Source: an uncultured virus (IMG/VR IMGVR_UViG_3300020048_000095)
Taxonomy: Duplodnaviria > Heunggongvirae > Uroviricota > Caudoviricetes
Virus record (IMG/VR): IMGVR_UViG_3300020048_000095
Length of the DNA stretch: 64,000 bases
Direction: 5' to 3' (one strand)
In this document: in pieces, positions 19,629 through 29,843 of the stretch
How positions within the stretch are numbered: position 1 is the stretch's first letter
How the letters are laid out: the number at the start of each line of letters is the position of its first letter
Notes under the pieces: model-generated
Told to the model about the DNA's origin: nothing
Database searches by the model: none
The model's input: only the letters and a program-made list of their open reading frames with translations
Position numbers and translations under genes: made by a program

Positions 19629-22600
19629 TTAAGTTTGTTGAACAGGTTTGCTAGCCTCCATCTCCTGCTTGTTATTCTCCATCCACATACGCTTACGCAT
19701 AATCTCCTGAAGAACCGTTCTTACAATTTGCTGACCCTTCCCTTCAATCTCCGTATCGGTAAATCTAATTATCGTCCACCCCTGCTGCTGAAGTTTTGCA
19801 TCCCTAGACTTATCTCTCTCAACTTGCTTCGGCGAACTATGGAAAACCTCACCATCAGCTTCAATGCCAATCTTCAACTCAGGTATGCCAAAGTCTAAAG
19901 AGTACTCCTGACCCGCAGCGTTGACCCTATATTGAGGATAAATAGCTTCCTTGATTAATCCATCATGTTGAGCCTGCATCAATTTAGGAATTAAATCACG
20001 CTCAGCCTTGGTAAACATGATTCGACCCTTTTCATCTCGCGTTTGACCATTCGCATCTTTCCCACCTAAAACCCCATGAGTCTCTTGACGCTTGAATATC
20101 TTCTGCTGTTCCGCATTAATCCTGTCACGATTCTTCTTCTTCAAAACCTTACCACCAAATTGACTAGGATCTGCAATTTCAGCAGTTATACTAGATGATT
20201 TAGGCATCGGTCCACCTACCCCACCACCTACTGGAGACGGAGGACCACCAGCCATCTCACCTGGTGCTCCAATCGGCGGTTCTCCACCCATATCTCCACC
20301 TCCACCACCCAAAGGAGGCATCATGGAACCACCACCATCACCGAATCCTCCACCGCCAGCTCCTCCAGCCCCACCTTGACCAAATCCTTGACCAACTGCC
20401 ATCAATTGCAAAGCATCATAACGCTTCCTTTCAATTTCCTGATCTGGATCTAAATCAAACGCCTCTAGAACAGTTTGAGCACTTAATAATCCCTTATCGT
20501 ATAATTGAATAATGAATGTACGATATTGCTGCTGATCACGAAGATGCATAGAATCCCATTTTATAGTAGGATAAATATATTCTTCTTCGCCAGTTTCAGG
20601 ATTTATTTCCACAAAACCTTGACGCTTTGCCTCTGGAAGATATAGGTTCTTCTCTATCCACTTAGATATTCCCCCTCTAAATGTCTCTAAACGCTGAATC
20701 ATGGCTTCAATACCAACCGCAGCGCTGGAAAATGTAGGACCTTCCCCGTTGAGTAGTGCATTGTTAATCATCATACCATCAAGAATCTCCTGATTGATAT
20801 ATTCAAGCTCATTAGACAAAGTTAAAACCTTGCCTGCCGCTCCCTCAAATTGTAATTCAAAAGCATGATGGGTAACAATTGTAAGATTAGGATCATTAGC
20901 AGTATTAGCTAATTGAGCCTGTACATCTGCGATATCTGCCGGACCCGCTGGACGTTCATCACTGCCAACCTTTACAATTTTGATTGGGACAATTAATCTT
21001 TCAGCAACAATCCACTGTGCAACCATTAGTTTTGTCTTATATGAAAGCACTGGGAATAATCTACGAATCATACCAATGCCAAACTTCTGATATCCACACT
21101 CGCCATATTTAAGATGAGAAACGTTTCTATTATCTAATCTAATTGGTTGACCCGTTGAAATAAGATTAACAACTTCAGGAGATAAACGTTCATATCCTGG
21201 AATCTTACGTTGAACCATATTTATTAATTCTTCATCTGGTCTAAGTGCAATCATCGGTTCTGGAGTCATTGATGTTGTATGAACTTCTACAAAGTCTGGA
21301 TTTAAAATAACAACTCTACGGATCGTTCCACCTTCATGTTCACAAACCTCTTCGCCAACTCTGCCTGAGCCGTGACAGGTAGGGCAATCTATTTCAACGA
21401 ATGGGAAACAATCGCCAAGAAGATGCACTTCATGACTTATTAAACGGCACCATTTTGGCAATTCCAATTTATCTTTAAGCTTATCAAAATGATGTTTTAC
21501 GTCTCTATTTCTGCACTCATGTTCGAAGCCGGACATCGGAAAGTCTGAGTAAAAATCTATAGCAGCGGCGACCTTTGGCTCGTTAGAGTTATGAACTACG
21601 CACCCGTTAACACAATAAGTATGGTTGTTTTCAATTTCAAGATCGTATACGACACCTTGATATCTTCTTTGTTCTATTTTTATAACCTTTCGATACGTTT
21701 TATTGCTAAGTGTTATATATTCTCGTATTTTGTGATGATGTGCCGCAGTTAACCTATTATATTTTACACAAGTTGTTTTTAATTTTTCGCACGACTCTCT
21801 ACTTATCCTTATGCAACAAGATGGGGATGCATCACAAACATATTCACCACCATTTTTATATTTAAAGCTATTTTTGTTTGGATTTTGCCAAGAGTGAGAA
21901 TGGGTCATATTTAATTTTGTACAAACAATTCCCAACTGTAGGGCAAAATATATCGAAGATGTTCTTATTTGATTTCCCATTGAATTAGAAAAACATCCAT
22001 CTCCATCTGAGAACCCACCAATAAAATTCAACAATTGGCTTTCTGACGCTCCGTGTAAAAATTCTTGACATATGCTTTTAGAAAGGCTACCTTCTCCTAA
22101 AATAGAATAAAACAACTTGGCTATCGCAACATTATGTAAAACAACATCAAAACATTTTCCTTCTCCATTCTTATATTCTTTGACTTTTACGCCTAATTCT
22201 TTATAGGCGATTGTTTTAACTTTTTCCCCTATGGTTTCCTTTTCGTCTAATGCTAATGTTATTCTTATTCCTTTGGCATATTTTCTTTCTCCCTTATACG
22301 TATACCAATAATATGATCCATCGGCGGCAAAAAGCCCAAGAATCCAGCACATACCTTCTGTTAAAATTTCTGGCATGAACCCTTCGCCGGATTGTAATTT
22401 GGGAGAAATCATCCAGTCTCCAACCTGAATGTTTTTTGACTCTTCCCATATTTCATCTAAGGTTGCATTTCCAAATTTTTTAAATCTTTCTTGTTTTTTT
22501 CTTTCCGACCATACAGTATCACTAGATTTTTCCCAAATTTCTTTTTTAACAATTTTAACTTCATGAGAATTTGTAATGGAAGTTTTAATATTATTATTTC

Positions 22601-23078
22601 CTCCCAATGTCATATCTAAAATATTTTCATCTATATTTCTCTTATGTACTTTCAAAACCTTTTGTGTGTTTCCGTTTTCATCAACAATTTTATCTCCTAC
22701 GTTAATTTCGCATATTTTTTTCTCGGTTCCGTTTGACATCAATATTTTATTTTCAGGAGTTAAGCAATAAAAGAAGCGGCTCCATTGATACTCCTCAAGG
22801 CGCTTTGAAGGAATTTGCCAATTTATAGGAGTATGAACTGGTGAAAAGAACTGTGGTTGCCCATACATTACGCCATTGCCAGTTGAAGCGTATCGACTCA
22901 TTCCTCCGCCCCAATCTCCTGTATTTACTGAGGCGACTGGAGCATAATTGTGCTTTGGTATTCTTTTATAATCTGGATGATTTGGTATTGTTTGCTTGCT
23001 TATTCTAGAAGGGTCTCTATTTCTTAACGCCCTGAACGTTTGCTCTAAATCTGAACTGATAATAAGGTTATCTGACAT
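19629..23078 (-). CDS. portal protein with an intein and a C-terminal DUF559/Vsr-like nuclease domain
   Basis: Start MSDNL after AGGAG. Extein AAIDFYSDFP, VILNPDFVEV, VSHLKY...GIGMIRR and position upstream of the protease gene suggest a portal. C-terminal QYRV...LDFGIPELKIGIEADGEVFH...RDKSRD..L...GWTIIRF. Confidence 0.72.
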   Translation of the reverse strand: MSDNLIISSDLEQTFRALRNRDPSRISKQTIPNHPDYKRIPKHNYAPVASVNTGDWGGGMSRYASTGNGVMYGQPQFFSPVHTPINWQIPSKRLEEYQWSRFFYCLTPENKILMSNGTEKKICEINVGDKIVDENGNTQKVLKVHKRNIDENILDMTLGGNNNIKTSITNSHEVKIVKKEIWEKSSDTVWSERKKQERFKKFGNATLDEIWEESKNIQVGDWMISPKLQSGEGFMPEILTEGMCWILGLFAADGSYYWYTYKGERKYAKGIRITLALDEKETIGEKVKTIAYKELGVKVKEYKNGEGKCFDVVLHNVAIAKLFYSILGEGSLSKSICQEFLHGASESQLLNFIGGFSDGDGCFSNSMGNQIRTSSIYFALQLGIVCTKLNMTHSHSWQNPNKNSFKYKNGGEYVCDASPSCCIRISRESCEKLKTTCVKYNRLTAAHHHKIREYITLSNKTYRKVIKIEQRRYQGVVYDLEIENNHTYCVNGCVVHNSNEPKVAAAIDFYSDFPMSGFEHECRNRDVKHHFDKLKDKLELPKWCRLISHEVHLLGDCFPFVEIDCPTCHGSGRVGEEVCEHEGGTIRRVVILNPDFVEVHTTSMTPEPMIALRPDEELINMVQRKIPGYERLSPEVVNLISTGQPIRLDNRNVSHLKYGECGYQKFGIGMIRRLFPVLSYKTKLMVAQWIVAERLIVPIKIVKVGSDERPAGPADIADVQAQLANTANDPNLTIVTHHAFELQFEGAAGKVLTLSNELEYINQEILDGMMINNALLNGEGPTFSSAAVGIEAMIQRLETFRGGISKWIEKNLYLPEAKRQGFVEINPETGEEEYIYPTIKWDSMHLRDQQQYRTFIIQLYDKGLLSAQTVLEAFDLDPDQEIERKRYDALQLMAVGQGFGQGGAGGAGGGGFGDGGGSMMPPLGGGGGDMGGEPPIGAPGEMAGGPPSPVGGGVGGPMPKSSSITAEIADPSQFGGKVLKKKNRDRINAEQQKIFKRQETHGVLGGKDANGQTRDEKGRIMFTKAERDLIPKLMQAQHDGLIKEAIYPQYRVNAAGQEYSLDFGIPELKIGIEADGEVFHSSPKQVERDKSRDAKLQQQGWTIIRFTDTEIEGKGQQIVRTVLQEIMRKRMWMENNKQEMEASKPVQQT
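21588..22766 (-). mobile_element. intein (393 aa) with LAGLIDADG endonuclease in the portal
   Basis: CLTPENKILMSNG ... VYDLEIENNHTYCVNGCVVHN|S; LGLFAADGS and FIGGFSDGDGC motifs. Confidence 0.93.
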
Positions 23079-23159
23079 AATTTCTCCTGCTTTATACAAC
23101 ACAACAAAACATAACTATTATACAAAATAGTTGTGTTTTATATTGTGAAATTAACGACA

Positions 23160-24491
23160 TTACATCTGCGTTACAGGAAAGTCAGTTGATTGGTCTGCTC
23201 CTTCTTGCATTGGTGCTTCAATAGATTGTTGTGGTTCTTCAACTTCTTGAACAATTTCTTCATTTAATCCAAGTTCGTCTGCTGCATCTTGAACATATGG
23301 GTCTGCGCTAACTTCAAAATTCATATCTTGAAAACTAACTCTAGTACCAACGGCATTTGGATCTGAAGGATGATCTGTAATTTCATAGACATTTGGCATA
23401 TTTGGGACATTGACGAATGAGCTACCTGGTTCAAGATGGATTTGGTTATTGCCACCTACTGAATTTGCCATAGCTCCTCTTGGGTCTGTCAATCTCAAAG
23501 TATTCTTTCCACCATACTGTAAGGCTTGAGCTAAAGTAGTCGCTGTTTTAATTTCTGGCTGATAACCAATGCCCTTATGTTTTGCAACTAATTTTTGAGC
23601 GATCTTGTCTATTTGAGAAACGCCAAGTACAGATGCGTTGTAATGGTCGGATATAGAATCAATCATCGTTCCATAATCAATACCCGCCTCTCTCATTTCG
23701 ATTGTATCTTTAATCATGTTGTAGATACGATCACTTTTAATTTCTTCATTGCAATTTGATGCGCATTTTACAATCTTTTCAAATTTACTTGAAGCAATAA
23801 CGATGCTATCCTGTTTATTGCCTCTTGCTTCTTCAAGTCTGCGTTCGGTTGAATATTCGTGTGGTCTTGGCTTTCTAGTTCTTTCACCATCTGCTAACGC
23901 CATTTGATTTCCACCGTCTCTAGGAGCGTCTGGATTAGCTGGAGTACCGGCGGTTGGGAATACATGGAATCTATCATTTATATAGCCACCAACGACCTTC
24001 CCATCTTTATCTTGGTAATCTCTGTAGAATTTATCCATAACATATGTACGCCAAATCGCTTCGCCGCTATAGATATGATTTGGATCTTCGTCGAATTTTA
24101 TTTCATCAGTATAGTAATGAGTGAAATCATAGTATTTATCTCTGCCAACTCTCCATGGTGTACCTTCATTGAAACCATCTACAACACGATTCCATTTATT
24201 TCTCTGTCTTGAGTTAGATTGTGCTTCTTTTTTCATTGATTGTGCCTTTTTATTAAGACGGGTTATATTATGTTTAGCTAATACTCCAAATAAAACCTGA
24301 GAAGCGTCATCTCCATCGTTCTCATAAATAGACTGACAGGTTTCAACGATATCCTGTTCGTCATTATGAATTCCCGACATATCTTCGTTTGTAGTTATCA
24401 TGTCCATAAGTCCTTTAGCTGCATCATTATACGAGCCTCTAGAACGAACCCACTCTCTTAAATCATCTGGATTGTTGAAATATTCTGCCAT
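23160..24491 (-). CDS. hypothetical head-module protein
   Basis: 443-aa ORF with RBS; internal NKKAQ/KKEAQ/IKTAT motifs. Confidence 0.7.
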   Translation of the reverse strand: MAEYFNNPDDLREWVRSRGSYNDAAKGLMDMITTNEDMSGIHNDEQDIVETCQSIYENDGDDASQVLFGVLAKHNITRLNKKAQSMKKEAQSNSRQRNKWNRVVDGFNEGTPWRVGRDKYYDFTHYYTDEIKFDEDPNHIYSGEAIWRTYVMDKFYRDYQDKDGKVVGGYINDRFHVFPTAGTPANPDAPRDGGNQMALADGERTRKPRPHEYSTERRLEEARGNKQDSIVIASSKFEKIVKCASNCNEEIKSDRIYNMIKDTIEMREAGIDYGTMIDSISDHYNASVLGVSQIDKIAQKLVAKHKGIGYQPEIKTATTLAQALQYGGKNTLRLTDPRGAMANSVGGNNQIHLEPGSSFVNVPNMPNVYEITDHPSDPNAVGTRVSFQDMNFEVSADPYVQDAADELGLNEEIVQEVEEPQQSIEAPMQEGADQSTDFPVTQM

Positions 24492-24501
24492 ATCAAACTC
24501 C

Positions 24502-25506
24502 TTATTTTTTCAATTGTTCTAGTTTTGAAGCCAAAGCATTAACGAAATCGTCAGATATGCTTCTTGCGCTTTGTCTGGATGGTTTTTCCCAATCATTTTC
24601 AACTTTAGGTCTCTGAATCGACTCTTTATGTTTAGCATTAATTGAGGCAAGACTTTCTCCCTTTGTTTTCTCGGGGATGCTTGATGGGTCGAATTTTGCA
24701 TAGACTCCCATTTGCGAAGATGGTTTATTAAGTCCAGTTGAAGCATTTAAACTTTCCGTTGGGAATACCGTACCCTTAGAAACGATATCTAATTTATCCA
24801 TTGCAGCAATCTTTTCTTTTTGCCAGTCGGAATGATTTTTAAGTTTCTGAGCTTCTTTAGCGGCTATTTCCTTCTTAAGTCTAACTCCGGTATCGTCTTC
24901 TGTGCTCTTTGCAAGTTGTTCGATTGCATAAGGATTCGTGATGCTATTTTGATTAATTGCTGGATTTACATCAGAGTTCAAGAAGTAATTATCATCTCCT
25001 CTTAAAGGGACTACATTTCCGCCAGTTGTTGCAATTTTATCGATAACATTTTGTTTTGTAACTGTTTCCCAATTAGCTGCATCCATATAAGAAGTGTTTG
25101 AGCGTTCTTCTATATTGAATGGGTCTTTCCATATATCTTTTAGTGAAATCTCTTCTTCACATGCGACTTGGGCGGTTCTAACAAATGGCTCTTTAGTTGA
25201 ATCTATAGCAGTTATGTTCTCAGGATTAAACCCGCGAATGTTTTCCGATTTCATCCCACAAGCCTTTGCGTACTCCTTTAAATGACTTACAGTTGCATCG
25301 TCCCACTTTGAATTGTAATGATATTTAGATCCATTACTAGAACAAGCTTCAATTCTATCGCACTCTTGAGCAAGGACAATATCATTTACTTCTTTGGCAA
25401 CATTTATTCTTTCTACTTCTTCTACGTTACAGCTTTCCGTTTCTGGTGCTACTGCTGCGAACCATGATGGTGCTGATTTTTCATCTGCTACTCTAGCTAT
25501 ATTCAT
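24502..25506 (-). CDS. hypothetical head-module protein
   Basis: 334-aa ORF with RBS; ARVAD and VRTAQ motifs. Confidence 0.7.
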   Translation of the reverse strand: MNIARVADEKSAPSWFAAVAPETESCNVEEVERINVAKEVNDIVLAQECDRIEACSSNGSKYHYNSKWDDATVSHLKEYAKACGMKSENIRGFNPENITAIDSTKEPFVRTAQVACEEEISLKDIWKDPFNIEERSNTSYMDAANWETVTKQNVIDKIATTGGNVVPLRGDDNYFLNSDVNPAINQNSITNPYAIEQLAKSTEDDTGVRLKKEIAAKEAQKLKNHSDWQKEKIAAMDKLDIVSKGTVFPTESLNASTGLNKPSSQMGVYAKFDPSSIPEKTKGESLASINAKHKESIQRPKVENDWEKPSRQSARSISDDFVNALASKLEQLKK

Positions 25507-25551
25507 AAATAATTCCTTTTGTTAATTCAAAATCTCAGTCATTCACAATAA

Positions 25552-27498
25552 CTATTTCGCAAATATATTAGATATTCCTTTTTTTTCTGCTATAATTCTA
25601 AGAAGAACTTCTCTATCTCCAAGCACTAATTCTCCTGTAGTTCCGTCATTTCTCATGGAACCTTGACTATTTTCAAGTACTTTAACAAAATTTTCAGTTG
25701 TCCATTCTAAGCTTTCTGGGTCGTCACGATGGAAATAATAATTGTAAGCCGCCATTTCCATAACTAATGTTTCAATATCTCTTACAGTAAAACCTTTCTT
25801 AGCGCACAACGTCGATATTTTATCAAGGTCTAAACTATCAATTGCTTGTTGTAATCTTTCAGGAGTCATAAAGCCTAAAGATTTAATGCCTCGATTATTC
25901 ATCCTTCTTCCAGTTGTCTTAAGTGTCTCTTTCATACTATCTGAATCAAAATTGTCAATATTTATGACCAAATCTACGCGACCAGAACGAAGCATTGGAC
26001 CCGTTATATTCTCTTTGTGATTGGTCGTCATAACAATGAAAATATTCCTTTTCATGAATTCATTTTCTTCCTGTCCATTTTGCAACCAAGCCATGAATTC
26101 AGACTCTACTTGCTTATGGGCTTCGTGCATTCCTTCGGCAGAGTTATTTGTTGCCCCCATAGCTCTATCGTATTCGTCAATCCTAACAACGACATGGGAT
26201 GTATTCATAATGCTTTTTATAGAGTTCCTAGCTTGTTCTGATCCTTGTCCGACAAATTTTGAATGAACTGAATTTACATTGAAATCCCATATGTCAAAAC
26301 CCAATAAACCGGCTAGATGAACTGGAAAACTAGATTTACCCACTCCGCCAGGTCCATACAAAACGATAACATGAGGCATTCTAGTTTGTATCCGTTCTAT
26401 CAAGTCTTCGTATTTTGATTCATCTTTTCCACATTCAATAGCCTGAAACGATTTTTCTCTGAGAATTTTGACTTCATTAAAATCTCGTAGCATTTTTTTA
26501 ACATCCCAAGTAAAACTACTGGATTCAGGGCATATATAATCTTCCCAAGGACGAGCGGTTAATTGTGTCAGTCCGAATCCTTTATCCATGAACTTCTGGT
26601 TGATTGCTTGTCTTATCTTTTTTATTGCGGCAATTGAATTTATATTTTTAGATTTAGGCGGGTCTTCGGCGGCGAATAAAGATGCGGACAAAACATCTCC
26701 AGCCTCATTATACGTTAATCCGCATAATTTTCTGGCAATCTGTTCTTTTTGCGTTTTACTGAAATCTACAACGTATTTGTTATTTGCATATAAATCCATA
26801 AAGCTATCAATTAGATGATTGGCTTCATGCTCATCTACTGGACTTATCTCAATTGTTCTTATCTGGAACGGAAATTTAATTTTAACATTTGATATCAAAA
26901 GAATTCTACATCCGTTTTTAACTATTGGATCTCTGAAATTATCAAATATATTTAACGCTTTTGGCTCTATAGTTCCGGGGCTTTCCTTCGAACAAAAGTC
27001 TAAGGAAAAATCAACATTTTTTATTATCAACAACCTATCTTTACACGTTCCTCGTATCAATTCCCTTCTATTTACAAATCCATCATACACCCTTTTTCTT
27101 TTCCCCGTTTGAAGATCTATTTTAGGGATAGAAACACCCAAATCGCTTTCTTCAACATCTATTGCCCCATATATCAATTCGTCTAGATAATTATAACTCA
27201 GCCCTTTACCAGCTTGACCGTGTTGTAGTTCAACTGCGTCTATATTATAGGTGTTATTGTATAACTCTTCCAGTTTAAATGAAGATTTAATAAGCTCATC
27301 TACTAAACATTGACCTTCATGATTAACCACAAAGTTTGTAATTCCAGTTAATGACAATTTAACTGCAATTTGCAACTCTCTTTTTAATTTCTGGAAGGCT
27401 TCACTCGATTCAATCAGCGAAGCGAAAGAGATATCGGATGATTTCCTTGTTGCTGTATCTTCTGTTGGTTTAAGTTGTTCGTCAGTAATTATTGCCAT
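25552..27498 (-). CDS. AAA+ ATPase, Ycf46-like architecture
   Basis: Walker A GPGGVGKS, Walker B VVRIDEYD, sensor-1 MTTN, SRH MLRSGRVD; degenerate N-terminal AAA-like half. Confidence 0.85.
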   Translation of the reverse strand: MAIITDEQLKPTEDTATRKSSDISFASLIESSEAFQKLKRELQIAVKLSLTGITNFVVNHEGQCLVDELIKSSFKLEELYNNTYNIDAVELQHGQAGKGLSYNYLDELIYGAIDVEESDLGVSIPKIDLQTGKRKRVYDGFVNRRELIRGTCKDRLLIIKNVDFSLDFCSKESPGTIEPKALNIFDNFRDPIVKNGCRILLISNVKIKFPFQIRTIEISPVDEHEANHLIDSFMDLYANNKYVVDFSKTQKEQIARKLCGLTYNEAGDVLSASLFAAEDPPKSKNINSIAAIKKIRQAINQKFMDKGFGLTQLTARPWEDYICPESSSFTWDVKKMLRDFNEVKILREKSFQAIECGKDESKYEDLIERIQTRMPHVIVLYGPGGVGKSSFPVHLAGLLGFDIWDFNVNSVHSKFVGQGSEQARNSIKSIMNTSHVVVRIDEYDRAMGATNNSAEGMHEAHKQVESEFMAWLQNGQEENEFMKRNIFIVMTTNHKENITGPMLRSGRVDLVINIDNFDSDSMKETLKTTGRRMNNRGIKSLGFMTPERLQQAIDSLDLDKISTLCAKKGFTVRDIETLVMEMAAYNYYFHRDDPESLEWTTENFVKVLENSQGSMRNDGTTGELVLGDREVLLRIIAEKKGISNIFAK

Positions 27499-27536
27499 AA
27501 AGCCCTTTTTAGTGTATTATACAATGTTCAAAAACG

Positions 27537-27574
27537 AAAAAGCAGATGAAGCTTTTAACTTTCATCTGCTTTTT
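27537..27574 (-). terminator. intrinsic terminator (possibly bidirectional)
   Basis: Stem AAAAAGCAGATGAA/TTCATCTGCTTTTT. Confidence 0.75.
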
Positions 27575-27605
27575 CTCTTGAATTGTTATTTACTTGGTTT
27601 TAGGT

Positions 27606-28478
27606 TTACTTTTCGTAATCAGTAACCATTAACTTTGCATAATCGGCGGCATAACCCAAATCGTCTTTCCAGAACTTAAGAACTTTCTTACGAGTGGTTG
27701 GGCTAATTTTGCTAGTCTTTACGAAATCGTCAGCGCCAGCTTCTTTCTTTAAAGCTTTCTTAACCGAAGCACATGCGACTCCAGTAGATTCCTGAATAAT
27801 ATCTTCTCCGCCTTCTTCCTCTTTGCAACAAGAATCAGGATCGGAACCGAAAGGCTTTTCATCTCCGCAAACGCCACATTCAGTTTCGTCAGAGATCTCA
27901 ATTTCAAAAACCTCATCATCGCCACCAACATCGCCACCGATTCCGTCTGTTACAACATCATCAGATACGACTTCTTCAGAACCAGCAGCGGCTCCAACGG
28001 CTGAACGAACTTCCTCAACGGCCTGATTAACCTTGTCAAGAGCGACCGTAACAGCGTCAACAACAGCGTCAGCGGCTTCAGACTTGTCAACCAATTCGGC
28101 AACAGCTTCTTGTACGTCGATAATGGCTGATTCTTCGCCAGCGTCAGCAGCATCAGGAATCTCGACTTCAACTTCTGCATCCTCGTCTTCAACTTCGACT
28201 TCAACTTCTGCATCGGTATCGTCAATATCTACCTCAACAACATCCTCAACAGCGGATTCAGCAGATTCGTCGGCAGATTCGTCCTTGTCGGCGTCTTTTT
28301 CTTCAGCTTCGCTCTCATCGAACTGAGCCTGAATTACTTTTTTAGCAGCTAAATAAAGAAGATCCTTATCTGTTACTGTTTTAGTTTTGCCATTTGCTGA
28401 AGCGGTTTTCACTACTTTCGTACTTTCTTCCGGACTCCAATCAAAATTCATTTTACCAACTGGTGTAATTATCGCCAT
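27606..28478 (-). CDS. highly acidic protein (scaffold or inner-core-like)
   Basis: Start MAIITP after AAGGAG; D/E-rich centre flanked by VVKTAS and LKKEAG motifs. Confidence 0.7.
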   Translation of the reverse strand: MAIITPVGKMNFDWSPEESTKVVKTASANGKTKTVTDKDLLYLAAKKVIQAQFDESEAEEKDADKDESADESAESAVEDVVEVDIDDTDAEVEVEVEDEDAEVEVEIPDAADAGEESAIIDVQEAVAELVDKSEAADAVVDAVTVALDKVNQAVEEVRSAVGAAAGSEEVVSDDVVTDGIGGDVGGDDEVFEIEISDETECGVCGDEKPFGSDPDSCCKEEEGGEDIIQESTGVACASVKKALKKEAGADDFVKTSKISPTTRKKVLKFWKDDLGYAADYAKLMVTDYEK

Positions 28479-28551
28479 TTTTTCATCTCCTTTTTTTTGA
28501 TTAAACATACGTTTATCTTTTTCTTTTCTGTATTACTACTGAAATTCCCTT

Positions 28552-28779
28552 TTATTTTTTTAATGTTTTTGAAGCATATTTTTGCGACCAATTGCTTTTT
28601 GTTTGGTCTTGATATTCTTCCATGCATGAATTTATCGCTTCTTGCGGAGAAATTCCAGCAGCAACCTTAGTCTTGTAACAATTCATCCAGCCTCTACTTT
28701 GACCTTGCATCAACCCTTTTGCATCTTCGTAATACGCTTTCTTACGAAAAGAGTTAAGATTAAATGTTGTTGTTTTCAT
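28552..28779 (-). CDS. small FNL-leader protein
   Basis: MKTTTFNLNSFRKKAY; 75 aa with two Cys. Confidence 0.65.
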   Translation of the reverse strand: MKTTTFNLNSFRKKAYYEDAKGLMQGQSRGWMNCYKTKVAAGISPQEAINSCMEEYQDQTKSNWSQKYASKTLKK

Positions 28780-29593
28780 ATTTGTCCTTTTCTTCGAATT
28801 TATTTAAATATCCTTTTTTATTTTTTAATTCGTCCGCAAACTCTTCCAACACTTCTAAAGCAATTATATTTGAAAATAAAAATCGTTTAATTTGATTGCC
28901 TAAAATTTCCCAAGTGCTTCCAGATATAGTCGGCGAAGAATCAAAAGCCACAAAATAATCTCCGCCACTACTGACTCTAATCGGATATCCTTCGCCGGGA
29001 GATGGAAGTAATTTCCTAGGAGGTAAAACCTGTCCACTTTCTTTTGATTGATAAATAATTTGCATTGCTAGATTTTTCTGTTCTGCATATCTAACTTTAG
29101 CTCTATCGTCTAAAACCATCATCGCTCTAGGATCTGGTTGCGTTTCATTCTGATTGTCAACCTGCTCATCTCCAATAGGTGGCGCTGGAACATTTCCGTC
29201 TAATGAAGGTTCGGGTTGTGGAGTCATTTGGGCGCTCTTATTTAAACGGTATTTTTTATCAGCTATTTCCAAACCGCCAATCTTATCTCCAATCCCAATA
29301 TCGTTCTTTTTAAACCATCCGCGATTAACTTCCAAAGCATTTTTACAAGGAGAATTAGAACAAATCATTCTTGTGCTTAACGGAGACATTTCTGATATCT
29401 GCAAAATTACGCCATCATCATTTAAAAAAGCTATATCTAATGGAATATAAGTTGACTTCATCCAGAATCTTAAATAATCATCGTGCGTGAATTTAAATAG
29501 CATCCCATTGTTCTCGCCAAGAGACTTTCTATCCATAAGTCCAGTAGCTCTTTTAGATGGTGTGTCGGCTATTTCTATTGATAATTTCTTCAT
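28760..29593 (-). CDS. DUF192-family protein with a C-terminal WYL-like domain
   Basis: IEIADTP..R..GLM.RKSL....GMLF......FWMK.T.IPLDIAF...ALEV..G is the DUF192 pattern. The C-terminal IIY..K.SG....R...P...YFVAFD...IKRFLFSNI resembles WYL. Confidence 0.8.
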   Translation of the reverse strand: MKKLSIEIADTPSKRATGLMDRKSLGENNGMLFKFTHDDYLRFWMKSTYIPLDIAFLNDDGVILQISEMSPLSTRMICSNSPCKNALEVNRGWFKKNDIGIGDKIGGLEIADKKYRLNKSAQMTPQPEPSLDGNVPAPPIGDEQVDNQNETQPDPRAMMVLDDRAKVRYAEQKNLAMQIIYQSKESGQVLPPRKLLPSPGEGYPIRVSSGGDYFVAFDSSPTISGSTWEILGNQIKRFLFSNIIALEVLEEFADELKNKKGYLNKFEEKDKYENNNI

Positions 29594-29595
29594 TT

Positions 29596-29835
29596 TTATT
29601 GCCAAGAAATCCCACTCTCGTTTAATCCTTCTCTCAATTCTTCAGCGGCATCGTCATCATCGCAATAAAAATGTAACGCTCGCGAACCAGCCTTGTTTTT
29701 CATAGAGACTCCATATGGAACTTCTATGGTTGCATCTCCGTTATGGATTAAATTAAATTGTTTTTTACTTAATTCAGCGTAAATTTCAATTCCACTAGAT
29801 TGCTTTTTGCTTAATTCGGCGTTTAGTTCTTGCAT
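29596..29835 (-). CDS. hypothetical protein
   Basis: 79-aa ORF in operon context, with a duplicated AELSKKQ. Confidence 0.6.
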   Translation of the reverse strand: MQELNAELSKKQSSGIEIYAELSKKQFNLIHNGDATIEVPYGVSMKNKAGSRALHFYCDDDDAAEELREGLNESGISWQ

Positions 29836-29843
29836 GTTTATCC

